In this document: positions 26,991 through 37,586 of the stretch, piece by piece
Numbering within the stretch: position 1 is the first letter of the stretch
Layout of the letters: every line of letters begins with the position of its first letter
From: an uncultured Pseudomonadota bacterium
GTDB lineage: Bacteria; Myxococcota_A; Polyangia; Fen-1088
Assembly (NCBI GenBank): GCA_963774325.1
Contig: CAVZEF010000006.1
Coordinates: 1,126,510-1,190,509 of the forward strand
DNA length: 64,000 nt
Direction: 5' to 3'
Translations under genes and position numbers: made by a program
Notes under the pieces: model-generated
Told to the model about the DNA's origin: nothing
The model's input: the letters and a program-made list of their open reading frames with translations, nothing else
The model's database searches: none

Positions 26991-27030
26991 ACGAGACTCC
27001 GGCCAGGTGAGCGTCCTACTGCTCTTGGTG

Positions 27031-27108
<78 letters not shown>

Positions 27109-27190
27109 CCGGCGTAACCTATGCAATTCCCCGGCGGACGGCAAGAGAAAGTTACGGTGCGCGACGGGGCGCTCGGCGCGCGCACCAAAG

Positions 27191-27226
27191 AAAAAACCCC
27201 GGAAGGCCGAGGCCCGCCGGGGTTTG
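27191..27226 (-). terminator. Rho-independent terminator downstream of the pilA-like gene
   Basis: On the minus strand, CCCCGG-CGGGCCTCGGCCT-TCCGGGG is followed by TTTTTT. On the plus strand this is A-run 27191-27196 and stems 27197-27202 / 27218-27223. Confidence 0.65.
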
Positions 27227-27258
27227 GTGTCGGGATTTCGTTCGGCAGTCGGAGGCGA

Positions 27259-27795
27259 CTACTCGAGCTCGTTGGTGATGATGGGCGCGCGGCTGCCGGT
27301 CACGTCGCCGTTGCCGTCGACCGAGCCGTTGCGGAGGAAGGTCGAGACCTTCTTGTTGCAGTCGAGGTCGCCGGTGGCCGAAGCGACGAAGGTCGCCGCC
27401 GAGCTGATGCCGGTGCTGGTGTAGTGCGGCATGTAGAGGTGCGGATCGGGGATCGAGAACTGCAGGCCCACCCACACCGGGTCCTGATACTTGACCGAGC
27501 CACCGGGGCACTTGCCGACGTCCTGGCAGCCGCACTCGGTCGACAGCTCGTCGGGCGCGTTGCCCGGGAACTGCTTGGCGATCGAGGCGCCGGTCGAATC
27601 GGCGTGGTCGGTCTCGTAGTACGTGACCGAGCCCGACCACATCTTGTTCAGGTGTCCCACGGCCTCGGCCGTGCGCGAGCGCTTCACGTACTTCGAGAAG
27701 GCGGGGATCGCCACGGCGGCCAGGATCCCGATGATCGCGACGACGATCATGAGCTCGACGAGGGTGAAACCTGACTGACGCTTCCGGGTGAACAT
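27259..27795 (-). CDS. pilA: Type IV pilin (PilA-like prepilin)
   Basis: The ATG at 27795 is preceded by AAGGAGG. The class III signal and N-terminal helix read [33 protein letters not shown]. The C-terminal Cys pairs are CGCQDVGKC and DLDC. Confidence 0.85.
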   Translation of the reverse strand: MFTRKRQSGFTLVELMIVVAIIGILAAVAIPAFSKYVKRSRTAEAVGHLNKMWSGSVTYYETDHADSTGASIAKQFPGNAPDELSTECGCQDVGKCPGGSVKYQDPVWVGLQFSIPDPHLYMPHYTSTGISSAATFVASATGDLDCNKKVSTFLRNGSVDGNGDVTGSRAPIITNELE

Positions 27796-27884
27796 CGGTA
27801 ACCTCCTTGGGGCTTTCTGCGGGTCGCTGCGACGGCCCATCGGCCGGTCGGCTCGACGGCTTGAGCCGGACGATCCCCGAGAAA

Positions 27885-27900
27885 TGCAGCCGACGTGCCA
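27885..27900 (-). promoter_or_regulatory. Sigma-54 (-24/-12) promoter upstream of the pilA-like gene
   Basis: The minus strand reads TGGCAC-GTCGG-CTGCA. The GG-N10-GC spacing is exact and there is one mismatch to TGGCAC-N5-TTGCA. It lies about 90 nt upstream of the ATG. Confidence 0.55.
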
Positions 27901-28060
27901 CGCGTTCTGCGTCGTGCGCAGGCTGAAAATGTCGGCTTTTCTCGACGGAAACGTGATCGCCGTCGACGGGCGGCGCGCGATTCGTCAGTGCCGCTGACGA
28001 AATTCGTCAGGCCAGCAGGAGCCACCGTGTCGCACACCCGCGCCGACGTGCGTGCGCGGG

Positions 28061-28702
28061 CTACTTGCCTTCGTTGAAGACGCGCAACACGGGCGACTGG
28101 CTCGAGATCGCGAAGATGCTGACCTCGTTGGGATAGCCGGTGGTTGGCGACAAATTGCACGCCGCCAGGCTGTAAAACCAGGGCGCCGCGGTGTTGGCGC
28201 CGATGATCAGCGAACCGTACTTCAAGGCGTTCGTGGCGTTGCCCGCGAGCCCGGCGTTGGTCAGGTACGTGCAATAGAGGCCGACGTCGCGCGGCCGGAT
28301 GCCGACCGCCTGCCACCCCTGCGGCCACTTGGTCGAATCGGCGATGCTGGTCTGGGAGCGCACCGAATCGAACGTCGAGCTGTTGGCGAACACCGGATAG
28401 AAAGCGGTCTCGACCTCGTCGGGGCTGGGCAAGTCGGTCTTGTTGTCGGCACGCAACGGCAAGTACGCCGCGAACTCCAGCTTGTAGCTCTGCTCCTTGC
28501 TGCTCATCTCTCCCAGCATTGCGATCGCCTCGGCGGAGCGGGCGCGGCCGATCCACCGGCGGTAGCCGAACGAGCCCAGCGCGGCGAGCACGCCGATGAT
28601 CACGACGACGATCATGAGCTCGACGAGCGTGAAGCCGCTCGCCGGCCGGGCGGTGCAAAGAAGGGGGCGGCCGGTGGCGTGGGGGGCGGCAAGATCGCGC
28701 AT
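28061..28702 (-). CDS. Second type IV pilin-like protein
   Basis: Lies in ORF 28061..28747, with an ATG at 28702. The prepilin motif is [28 protein letters not shown]. The C-terminal domain is divergent. Confidence 0.75.
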   Translation of the reverse strand: MRDLAAPHATGRPLLCTARPASGFTLVELMIVVVIIGVLAALGSFGYRRWIGRARSAEAIAMLGEMSSKEQSYKLEFAAYLPLRADNKTDLPSPDEVETAFYPVFANSSTFDSVRSQTSIADSTKWPQGWQAVGIRPRDVGLYCTYLTNAGLAGNATNALKYGSLIIGANTAAPWFYSLAACNLSPTTGYPNEVSIFAISSQSPVLRVFNEGK

Positions 28703-28754
28703 CGCCCTATTGTTCCGCGAAAGCGCGGGAAGTTCAATCCGGCGCACGCACCAT

Positions 28755-30005
28755 TCAGGTCCGGTCGAAGGTTCTATCGAAGGTGGCCAGCACCTCGACG
28801 TGAAACGTCTGCGGCATCAGGTCGATCGCCAGCGCGCGCGTCAGGCGAAAGCCGGCGGCGGCGATGCGGCGCGCGTCGCGCGACAGCGTCTGCGGGTCGC
28901 AGGAGACGTAGACGATCCGGCGGCGCGCGCGCGTGGCTGCCGCCAGGTGGGCAGCGTCGGCGCCCTCGCGCGGCGGGTCGAGCACGACGACGTCGGCGGT
29001 GATGTCCGGAATCCGCGCACTCCAGATCGCGCCCGGCGCCGCGCGCCCGCCGCGCGCCACCGCGGCGGGATCGCCCTCGCTGGCGTACACGCGCGCCGGC
29101 GCCGCCCGAGTGACCAGCTCGCGCGTGAAGTTGCCCGACCCGGCGTAGAGCTCCAGCACCGTTCCTGGCGCGGCGCCGACCGCTTCCAGCACGCGGGAGA
29201 CCAGCACCTGGTTGCCGGCGCGCCCGACCTGCGCGAAGCCGCCCGCGGGCACGGGCAGCGGCGCGCCGCCGCGTTCGGCGACGTCGACCTCGGGCCGCCC
29301 CGCGAACGGCTTGCCGCCGATCGAGAGCCCGACCACGCCCGCGTCCAGCAGGCGATCGGCTTCGCGGCGCGCGAGCGCGGCGCCGTTGGCGTCGAGCTGC
29401 CCGACGTTGGCGTGCACGCCCTCGGCGCCGGCCTGCAGATCGATCTCGGCGCCGGCCGGCAGCCGCGACGCGAACGCGCGCACCGCCGGCAGCGCCGCGT
29501 CCAGCGCCGGCGAGAACAGCGGACAGCTCGGCACGTCGACGATCTCGTGGGATCGGCGCGCGCGAAAGCCGACCGGCCGCGGCGCCTGGCCCGCGCCCAC
29601 CGCCAGCTTCGCGCGATCGCGATAGCCGAGCGGCGGCCCGGCGGCGACGACCGGATCGATCTCGCGCAGGCCCAGCGCCCGCTCGACGATGGTTTGCTTC
29701 GCGCGCCGCTGCGCCTCGATGGTGACGTGCTGCCACTGGCAGCCGCCGCAGGTGCCGAACAGGTGGCAGGCGGGCGAAGCGCGGTCCGGGCCGGCGCGCT
29801 CGACGGAGAGCAGCTCGCCCCAGGCGACGCGTTCCTTCTCGCGCACCAGCTCGACCCGCACGCGCTCGCCCGGCGCCGCCAGCGGCACGAACACCACGCG
29901 GCCGTCTTCAGCGGTGCCCGCGCCGCCCGGATCGCCGCTTCGCTGGCGGCCGGCCGCGTCGCCGCCCGGCGCCAGCGAATCGATCTCGACGATCGCCTCC
30001 GTCAC
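28755..30005 (-). CDS. rlmD: 23S rRNA (uracil-C5)-methyltransferase, RumA/RlmD family
   Basis: There is a TRAM-like N-terminus, Fe-S cysteines CHLFGTCGGCQWQH...C, a SAM-binding segment VLELYAGSGNF, and the catalytic end VVLDPPREG...IVYVSCDPQTLSRD. The GTG at 30005 overlaps the upstream stop. Confidence 0.85.
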   Translation of the reverse strand: MTEAIVEIDSLAPGGDAAGRQRSGDPGGAGTAEDGRVVFVPLAAPGERVRVELVREKERVAWGELLSVERAGPDRASPACHLFGTCGGCQWQHVTIEAQRRAKQTIVERALGLREIDPVVAAGPPLGYRDRAKLAVGAGQAPRPVGFRARRSHEIVDVPSCPLFSPALDAALPAVRAFASRLPAGAEIDLQAGAEGVHANVGQLDANGAALARREADRLLDAGVVGLSIGGKPFAGRPEVDVAERGGAPLPVPAGGFAQVGRAGNQVLVSRVLEAVGAAPGTVLELYAGSGNFTRELVTRAAPARVYASEGDPAAVARGGRAAPGAIWSARIPDITADVVVLDPPREGADAAHLAAATRARRRIVYVSCDPQTLSRDARRIAAAGFRLTRALAIDLMPQTFHVEVLATFDRTFDRT

Positions 30006-30903
30006 GGGAACGGCTGCGCCGCGCGGCCGCGCTCGAGATCGAAATCGAAGTAGCCGCGAGGCTGCCGCCGACGAGCGGCTCCGGGATCGGCATGATCATC
30101 TTGATCGCGCCGACGATTCGCTGGTCACCGAGGACCATCTCGAAGCGCGCGCGCAGGCGGTCGCCGAAGTTGACCTTGAAGTCCTTGGCCACCTGGTCGC
30201 GCATCTCGGGCGGCACGTTGGGCTGCGCGGCGTCGCTGAAGTCGTCGAAGATGAGCCACCCGTCGAACGCCGTGGCTGAGACGGTGGCCTGATGACAGGT
30301 GAAGCCCAGCGCGAGCGAGGCGTTCACGATCTCCTCCGTCCCGAGGTGAATGACCGCCTGCCCGGCCGCCGTTCCGGCATCACCGGTATCCCCTGCGTCG
30401 AACGTACCACCGTCGATGGTCGGGATGACGCCCGACCAATCGCACCAGGGCGTCTTGGTCGGCTGCTCGGTGAACGTCGACGTGGTCATACGCTGGTCCC
30501 AGTCGGGGACGCCGTTGTGGGTGCGGCCCCGCACGCAGCGCGCGACCTCGTAGCTGTTCCGCACGTTGAAGTACAGAACGTCATTGACCTCGATGCGGTT
30601 GCCGTTGCGCTGCACCCGGATCGTCAGGATGTTGGTCGGTTGCGAAACAGCGACGCCGGCATTTTCCTCGATCGGCTCCCCCGCGAAGAATCTGGGCGCG
30701 AGGTCGAAGAGCTTGAGGTTGTCCTTCTCGCCATAGGGGGCGCCGTTCGGCGCGCATCCGAGGAAGAAGATCGGACCCGTGACCGAGCCGTTGCCGTCAC
30801 CGACGGTGCAACCGCCCGCCGCCACCGCGAGCAGCCCGCACGCCGCGGCCAAGAGCAGCCCGCGTCCGGACGCGACGACTCCATCTCTCACACGCTGTCT
30901 CAT
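30002..30903 (-). CDS. Uncharacterised lipoprotein, frame-disrupted near 30052-30062
   Basis: The ATG at 30903 overlaps the DUF62 stop (ATGA). The signal is LLLAAACGLLAVAAGGC. The protein-like frame ends ...PLVGGS. It then continues in another frame as YFDFDLERGRAAQPFP-stop, with TGA 30002-30004 overlapping the rlmD GTG. Confidence 0.55.
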
Positions 30904-31690
30904 GATCCCCTCCGCAAGCGAACCGTGCTGCCACGACCGGCTCCGGTCGACACCGCCGCCGAGCCGTCGCGCAGCCCGATCTCCAGCAAGCCCGAGCTGC
31001 CGATGTACGCGACCAGCACTCCCGGCGCCACGTCGGCGAAGGTCTTGCCGAACGCGGGACGGAACGTCCCCTCGCGCGCCGATGACCTCGATGTGAGCGT
31101 CGGGCCAGACCAGGTCGGCGGCCAGCGAGGTCAGCAGATTTCCGAAGCGATCGACGTAGGTCACGCGCCCCTCGACGCGATCGCCGACCCGGCGCACGAG
31201 CGGTGGATCCAGCTCGACCAGCGACGCCATCGGCGGGCCCACGTCCGCCGGCGCCGCGCCCGCCGCCAGCCGGCCCGCCGTCGGCGCGAAGACGTCGCGG
31301 CCGTGAAAGGTGGGGCTGACCGGCTCGCGCCGGAACGCCGCCGCGTCGATGCGGTAGACCTGCCGCGGCTCGGCCGCCGCCGCCAGCGAGAGCACGCCGT
31401 TGTCGGGGCCGATGAACACCGAGCCGCCCGACGCGACGACCACGTCGGCGCGCGCGCCGCCCACGCCCGGGTCGACGACCGCGACGTGAATCGTGCCGCG
31501 CGGAAACAACGACGCCGCCTGCGCGAGCGCGATCGCGCCACCGGCGACGTCCTGCGCGGCGATGCCGTGGGTGATGTCGACCAGACGGGCGTCCGGCGCC
31601 AGCGACAACACCACTCCTTTCATGGCTCCAACATAGCCGTCCGAAAAGCCGAAGTCGGTAGTGAAGGTCACGATGGGCACGCGCTGTAAG
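30900..31690 (-). CDS. SAM hydroxide adenosyltransferase / SAM hydrolase (DUF62) family, frame-disrupted at 31068-31071
   Basis: The body reads IVTFTTDFGFSDGYVGAMKGVVLSL...HVAVVDPGVG...FHGRDVFAP. After a GGGG run on the minus strand the conserved tail TFRPAFGKTFADVAPGVLVAYIGSSGLLEIGLRDGSAA appears in another frame. The start is GTG 31690 or the upstream codon at 31722. Confidence 0.75.
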
Positions 31691-31773
31691 GCAAGTATCT
31701 CATCGCCGCCGCGATTCGCCACATTGCCGTGCGGGCGGGCCCCGCACGGGATTCGGCGTTAAGATAGCGCCCC

Positions 31774-32475
31774 ATGGACAAGACTGTCGCCTCAGCCGAC
31801 GAGGCCGTGGCAGACCTCACCGACGGCGCCACGCTGATGGCCGGCGGTTTCGGCCTGTGCGGCATCCCCGAGAACCTGATCCAGGCGATCCATCGCCGCG
31901 GGCACGCGCAACCTGACCATCATCTCCAACAACTGCGGCATCGACGACAAGGGGCTCGGCGTGCTGCTCGGCAACGGGCAGGTGAAGAAGATGATCGCCA
32001 GCTACGTGGGCGAGAACAAGATGTTCGAGCGGCTGTTCCTCGACGGCAAGCTCGAGGTCGAGCTCACGCCGCAGGGCACGCTGGCCGAGCGCATCCGCGC
32101 GGGCGGCGCCGGCATCCCGGCGTTCTACACGGCGACCGGCTACGGCACCAAGGTCGCCGAGGGCAAGGAGACGCGCGAGTTCGACGGGCGCATGTACGTG
32201 CTCGAGCACGCGCTGCGCGCCGACTTCGCATCGTCAAGGCGTGGAAGGGCGACCGCTTCGGCAACCTCGTCTACCGCAAGACCACGCGCAACTTCAACCC
32301 GATGATGGCGACCGCCGGCCGGATCACCATCGCCGAGGTCGAGAAGCTGGTCGAGCCTGGCCAGCTCGACCCCGACGGCATCCACACGCCTGGCATCTAC
32401 GTGCAGCGCATCGTCGCCGGCGCGCGCTACGAAAAGCCGATCGAGCAGCGGACCCTTCGCAAGAGGAGCGCCTGA
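31774..32475 (+). CDS. scoA: 3-oxoacid CoA-transferase subunit A, with a +1/-1 frame-shift pair
   Basis: The outer frame gives [39 protein letters not shown] and [27 protein letters not shown].... The conserved middle ([72 protein letters not shown]) lies in the frame of ORF 31961..32305. The shifts are at 31900-31902 and about 32228-32231. Confidence 0.8.
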   Translation: MDKTVASADEAVADLTDGATLMAGGFGLCGIPENLIQAIHRRGHAQPDHHLQQLRHRRQGARRAARQRAGEEDDRQLRGREQDVRAAVPRRQARGRAHAAGHAGRAHPRGRRRHPGVLHGDRLRHQGRRGQGDARVRRAHVRARARAARRLRIVKAWKGDRFGNLVYRKTTRNFNPMMATAGRITIAEVEKLVEPGQLDPDGIHTPGIYVQRIVAGARYEKPIEQRTLRKRSA

Positions 32476-32477
32476 TC

Positions 32478-33173
32478 ATGCCCGCCCTGACCCGCGACCA
32501 GATCGCCCAGCGCGCCGCGCGCGAGCTGCGCGACGGCATGTACGTGAATCTCGGCATCGGCATGCCGACGCTGGTGGCGAACTTCGTCCCGGCGGGCACG
32601 CACATCGTGCTGCAGTCGGAGAACGGCATGCTCGGCATCGGGCCGTTCCCCTACGAGGGCGACGAGGATCCCGATCTCATCAACGCCGGCAAGCAGACGA
32701 TCACCGAGCTGCCGGGCAGCGCGTACTTCTCATCGGCCGACTCGTTCGCCATGATCCGCGGCGGCCACATCGACTGCGCGATCCTCGGCGCGATGCAGGT
32801 CGCCGAGAACGGCGATCTCGCCAACTGGATGATCCCGGGCAAGATGGTCAAGGGCATGGGCGGCGCGATGGATCTGGTCGCGGCGGCCAAGCGCGTGATC
32901 GTCATGATGGAGCACGTGGCCAGGAGCAAAGGCGCCGCCCCCGGCGCCGAGACGACGGAGAAGAAGGTGCTCAAGCGCTGCACCTTGCCGCTGACCGCCG
33001 TCGGCGTGGTGCATCTGGTGCTGACCGATCTCGCGGTGATGGAGGTGACGCCGCGCGGGCTCCTGCTGCGCGAGCGCGCGCCCGGCGTCTCGGTCGCCGA
33101 CATCCAGGCACAGACCGAGCCGACGCTGCTGGTGACGGGCGACGTGCCCGAGATCCGCCTCGCGCCGGTATGA
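32478..33173 (+). CDS. scoB: 3-oxoacid CoA-transferase subunit B
   Basis: [38 protein letters not shown]...LQSENGMLG...GGAMDLV. The ATG at 32478 follows the scoA stop by 2 nt. Confidence 0.85.
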   Translation: MPALTRDQIAQRAARELRDGMYVNLGIGMPTLVANFVPAGTHIVLQSENGMLGIGPFPYEGDEDPDLINAGKQTITELPGSAYFSSADSFAMIRGGHIDCAILGAMQVAENGDLANWMIPGKMVKGMGGAMDLVAAAKRVIVMMEHVARSKGAAPGAETTEKKVLKRCTLPLTAVGVVHLVLTDLAVMEVTPRGLLLRERAPGVSVADIQAQTEPTLLVTGDVPEIRLAPV

Positions 33174-34825
33174 AACGCCCCGCGGAGCCGCAAACGCGCA
33201 CCGACGCCGCACGGCCGGCGCCGCGCGAGACCGCCGTCGAGACCACGGCGGGCATCCCGCTGCCGCCGCTCTTCGACGCCGCGACGCTGGCGGCGCTGGA
33301 GCCGCCGTTCGATCCGGCGCGCGATCTCGGCGCGCCCGGCGCATTCCCCTACACGCGCGGCATCCACGCGCAGATGTATCGCGAGCGCCTGTGGACCATG
33401 CGCCAGTACGCCGGCTTCGGCTCGGCCGCCGAGAGCAACCGCCGCTATCGCTTCCTGCTCGCGTCCGGACAGACGGGACTGTCGGTGGCGTTCGATCTGC
33501 CGACGCAGATGGGCCGCGACTCGGATCACGCGCTGGCGCGCGGCGAGGTCGGGCGCGCCGGCGTCGCGATCTCCAGCATCGACGACATGCTGGTGTTGCT
33601 CGACGGATTGCCGCTCGACCGCGTGTCGACGTCGATGACCATCAACGCCACGGCAGCCACGCTGCTCTGTCTCTACATCGCGGTCGCGGATCAGCGCGGG
33701 CTTCCGCGCCGCGCGCTCCAGGGGACGATCCAGAACGACATCCTCAAGGAATATATGGCGCGCGGGACGTATATCTATCCGCCGGCGCCGTCGATGCGCC
33801 TGGTCGCCGACTGCTTCGCGTTCTGCCGCGACGAGGTGCCGCGCTGGAACACGATCAGCGTCAGCGGCTACCACATCCGCGAGGCCGGCAGCGATGCGGT
33901 GCAAGAGGTCGCGTTCACGCTGGCCGACGGTATCGCCTACGTCGAGGCGGCGCGCGCGCGCGGTCTCGGCGTCGACGAGTTCGCGCCGCGCATCTCCTTC
34001 TTTTTCAATGCCCACGCCAATCTGCTGGAAGAGGTCGCCAAGTTTCGCGCCGCGCGCCGGCTGTGGGCACGCATCATGCGCGATCGCTTTCATGCCCAGG
34101 ACCCGAAGTCGCTGATGCTGCGCTTTCACGCCCAGACCGGCGGGTCGACCCTGACGGCGCAGCAACCGCTGAACAACGTCGTGCGCACGACGGTCGAGGC
34201 GCTGGCCGCCGTGCTCGGCGGCGCGCAGTCGATCCACACCAACGGCTTCGACGAGGCGTTGGCCCTGCCGACCGAGGCCTCGGCGCAGCTCGCGCTGCGC
34301 ACGCAGCAGATCCTCGGCTACGAGAGCGGCGTGACCGACGTCGTGGATCCGTTGGGCGGCGCCTACGCCGTCGAGGCGCTCACCAGCGAGATCGAGGCGC
34401 GGGCCGCGGCGATGCTCGCCGAGATCGACCGGCGCGGGGGCATGGTGTCCGCGATCGAAGAGGGGTTTCCGCAGCGCGAGATCGAGCGCCGCGCGTTCGA
34501 GCACCAGCGCGCAATCGAGGAAAGGCAGCGAATCGTCGTGGGCCAAAACCAGTTCGCCGATGACCCGAACGCGGCGACGGGCGCGGCCGTGCCGCTGCAC
34601 CGCCTGGACCCCGCGATCGAGCAGGCGCAGATCGAACGGCTCGCTGGTTTTCGTAAGCAGCGAAACCTTGCCGACCTCGCAACCGCGCAGGCGGCGCTGG
34701 AAAGCACCGCAAGGGGCACCGGCAACCTGTTGCCCGCGATCTTGGACGCCATCAAGGCGCGTGCGACGCTGGGCGAAATCGCCGACGTGCTGCGAAGAGT
34801 CTTCGGTGAGCATCGTGCCGGCTAA
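33170..34825 (+). CDS. Methylmalonyl-CoA mutase family, catalytic (large) subunit lacking a B12-binding domain
   Basis: [57 protein letters not shown] and [20 protein letters not shown] are present. The Tyr in RQYAGF and the Arg in MARGTY fit methylmalonyl-CoA rather than isobutyryl-CoA specificity (recalled from the literature). ATGA overlaps scoB. Confidence 0.88.
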   Translation: MKRPAEPQTRTDAARPAPRETAVETTAGIPLPPLFDAATLAALEPPFDPARDLGAPGAFPYTRGIHAQMYRERLWTMRQYAGFGSAAESNRRYRFLLASGQTGLSVAFDLPTQMGRDSDHALARGEVGRAGVAISSIDDMLVLLDGLPLDRVSTSMTINATAATLLCLYIAVADQRGLPRRALQGTIQNDILKEYMARGTYIYPPAPSMRLVADCFAFCRDEVPRWNTISVSGYHIREAGSDAVQEVAFTLADGIAYVEAARARGLGVDEFAPRISFFFNAHANLLEEVAKFRAARRLWARIMRDRFHAQDPKSLMLRFHAQTGGSTLTAQQPLNNVVRTTVEALAAVLGGAQSIHTNGFDEALALPTEASAQLALRTQQILGYESGVTDVVDPLGGAYAVEALTSEIEARAAAMLAEIDRRGGMVSAIEEGFPQREIERRAFEHQRAIEERQRIVVGQNQFADDPNAATGAAVPLHRLDPAIEQAQIERLAGFRKQRNLADLATAQAALESTARGTGNLLPAILDAIKARATLGEIADVLRRVFGEHRAG

Positions 34826-34958
34826 ACTTGTTGCACGCCCCCAGCCTCTGGAGGTACGGTTGATGACTGCTGAGCTCCTGCACCAATTTCGCTCGGAGCT
34901 TTTTCGCTCCATTCTCGTTTAGCCGTTCAATAGCCACCTGGGGGGGGACAAAGCTGCG

Positions 34959-35480
<522 letters not shown>

Positions 35481-35517
35481 CTCCAGTCCCGTCAGATAAA
35501 AAGCGCCAGCACGCGGG

Positions 35518-35577
35518 GACGCCAGGATCCGGACTATTGATGCCGGACTGGTGTTCTTGGCGTCCTGGCGTTTTTTC
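35518..35577 (+). terminator. Possible terminator after the IHF-like gene
   Basis: CGCCAGGA pairs with TCCTGGCG (35563-35570), enclosing a nested TCCGG/CCGGA hairpin. TTTTTT follows at 35571-35576. The loop is long, so confidence is moderate. Confidence 0.45.
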
Positions 35578-35596
35578 ATCTGACCGGTATGCGTCT

Positions 35597-36859
35597 TTAG
35601 CCCGGACCCGATCCTGAGCGCGCGGCGGCCAGGCGGCGCACGCGGCTTCGCCCGGCCACCGCGTGGCGTGCGAGCGCCCGCATCAGATCCGGCTTCGCGT
35701 CCGCCAGCACCGCCGAGCCGGACACGCGCGCGGCGTAGAGCGCGCGCACCGACGGATCGAACATGACCATCGACAGCGCCAGCGAGAAGCCGCTCGACGG
35801 ATAGAGCAGCGCCGCGGCCCAGCGATCGAGCGCCAGCTCGCGCCCCACGGTGGCGGCGCGCACCGCGCGCGCATAGCCGGTGAGCCGGAAATCGTGGCTG
35901 GCGAGGGCCTGGGAGATCGCGGCCGCGGCCACGATCCCCTGCTCGAGCCCGACGGCGATCCCTTCGCCGGTCAGCGGATCGATCCCCGCGGCGTCGCCGA
36001 CGCAGAGCAGGTGCGGACCGGCGATGCGAGCGCGCGGATCGTAGCGCCACGCGGGCCAACCACGCGCGGGCGACGCCAGGTGCACGCCGTGCGCCGACAG
36101 CGTGCGGCGCAACAGCCGCTCGATCTCGGCGCCGGGCAAGTGGCGCGACGGGTAGTGCATGACGCCGACGTTGACCCGATCGCCCGCGACCGGGAACAGC
36201 CAGACGTAGCCGCGCAGGCCGTGGTCCATGGGCGAGAAGTCGTAGATCATGCGCTCGCCGAGGCGCAGCGCCGCCGGCGCGGGGATCTCGGCCCTGAAGA
36301 GCCGCAGCGGCACCACCGGCGCGCCCCCCACCGGCGCAGACGCCGCCAGCGCCTTGCGCACGCGGCTGCCAGCCCCGTCGGCGCCGACCAGCACGCGCGC
36401 CCGCAGGAGGCGCCCGCGCGACGTCGTGACGCTCACCGCGCGCGCGGCGGCGTCGACCTCGAAGGCGTCGACGCCCTCCCCTTCGACGATCTCGATGCCG
36501 CGCGCGCGCGCCTGCGCCACCAGGTCGGCGTCGAAGTCCTCGCGGCGCACGACCTCCACCGGGCGCTCGAGCGCGACGTCGGCGCTGGCGTGCCCGTAGA
36601 TGAGGCGTCCGGTGCGGCAGGCGACGCTGGGGACGCGCACCGCCAGACCGAGCTGCCGCAGCGCCTGGTGCGCGTGCCCGGTGAGCCCTCCGCCGCACGG
36701 CTTGGCGCGCGGAAAACGCGCGCGGTCGAGACACACGATGCGCCCGGCGAGCGCCGGCGTGCGCTGCACCAGCGCCAGCGCCGTGGCGACGCCGGCCGGA
36801 CCGGCGCCCGCTATCACGACCTCCAAGTCGCGAGAGACGTCGAAGACCTCGGGCGACAA
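35597..36859 (-). CDS. FAD-dependent oxidoreductase, geranylgeranyl-reductase-like family
   Basis: LEVVIAGAGPAGVATALAL is a GxGxxG dinucleotide fold. PCGGGLT and VGDAAGIDPLTGEGI are also present. 420 aa and intact. Confidence 0.75.
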   Translation of the reverse strand: MSPEVFDVSRDLEVVIAGAGPAGVATALALVQRTPALAGRIVCLDRARFPRAKPCGGGLTGHAHQALRQLGLAVRVPSVACRTGRLIYGHASADVALERPVEVVRREDFDADLVAQARARGIEIVEGEGVDAFEVDAAARAVSVTTSRGRLLRARVLVGADGAGSRVRKALAASAPVGGAPVVPLRLFRAEIPAPAALRLGERMIYDFSPMDHGLRGYVWLFPVAGDRVNVGVMHYPSRHLPGAEIERLLRRTLSAHGVHLASPARGWPAWRYDPRARIAGPHLLCVGDAAGIDPLTGEGIAVGLEQGIVAAAAISQALASHDFRLTGYARAVRAATVGRELALDRWAAALLYPSSGFSLALSMVMFDPSVRALYAARVSGSAVLADAKPDLMRALARHAVAGRSRVRRLAAARSGSGPG

Positions 36860-36863
36860 CGGT

Positions 36864-37574
36864 CTAGAGACTCGGCTTGGCCGAGACCTTGCCGGTCACC
36901 GTGGCGGTGACGCCGCCGCTCGGGATGGGGGTGCCGGGCGCGACGATCATGGTCGCGTGTGCGATGAAGTTGAACGGCGTGCTGAACGCGCTCGCGTACT
37001 GCGAGAAGACCGCGCCGCCGTTCGGGTCGAGCGTCATGTTGCCCGACGTGGTCATGTTGGCGGGGGTCGCCGGGATGCTGCCGAACTTCTGCGCCGCGGG
37101 ATCGCTCGCCGACGTCACGTTCGCGGGCGCGATGAACACGTCCATCGGCGGCAGCGCGACGTTCATGGTGCTGGCGATCGTGTACGTCACCTGGGAGATG
37201 CTGATCTTGGCCAGCGTCTGGCCGCTCAGGCTCGACAGCGCCGGCACCTGCATCTTCAGGTTGATCGTCTGGCTGACGTTGATCGGAAACTCCAGCACGC
37301 AGACGCTGTTCTCGCAGGCGAGCGGCGTCGCCGTGCAATCGGGCTTGGGCGCCGGCGCCGGCGGGTTACAGCAGTCGGCGACCGCTTGACCGGTGGTGCC
37401 GCAGCTCACGCTGGGAAAGCTCGCCGGCGGCGCCTTCCACATCGAGCTCGACGTGTCGAAGCTGAAGGTCTGGGCCGGCAGATCGAAGGTGATCGTGCCG
37501 AGGTTGGAGATGGCGCCGCACCCCGCGAGGCCAGAGGCGAGGGCAATGACGGCGAAGAGGCTCGTGCGGCGCAT
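36864..37574 (-). CDS. Lipoprotein of unknown function
   Basis: The lipobox is canonical (MRRTSLFAVIALASGLAGC). The body is Ser/Thr/Pro-rich with several Cys. Confidence 0.6.
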   Translation of the reverse strand: MRRTSLFAVIALASGLAGCGAISNLGTITFDLPAQTFSFDTSSSMWKAPPASFPSVSCGTTGQAVADCCNPPAPAPKPDCTATPLACENSVCVLEFPINVSQTINLKMQVPALSSLSGQTLAKISISQVTYTIASTMNVALPPMDVFIAPANVTSASDPAAQKFGSIPATPANMTTSGNMTLDPNGGAVFSQYASAFSTPFNFIAHATMIVAPGTPIPSGGVTATVTGKVSAKPSL

Positions 37575-37586
37575 CCCGCGATCTTA

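Noticed and set aside
26687-27030. Integrase or recombinase remnant expected next to tRNA-Gly
   Set aside because: I translated all frames by eye and saw no R..H..R..Y-type or serine-recombinase-like sequence. Only short unconvincing ORFs are present.
28703-28754. Sigma-54 or other defined promoter for the second pilin gene
   Set aside because: There is no TGGCAC-N5-TTGC-like element. Only a short CGCG-rich hairpin is present, and it may belong to the end of rlmD.
29908-31722. 604-aa ORF joining the DUF62 enzyme, a lipoprotein and sequence overlapping rlmD
   Set aside because: Two frame changes create it, at 31068-31071 and near 30057. The native stops overlap the next starts as ATGA and GTGA.
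32651-34912. 753-aa minus-strand ORF opposite the mutase gene
   Set aside because: It is antisense to a strongly conserved mutase sequence and has an Arg/Ala/Gly-biased composition.
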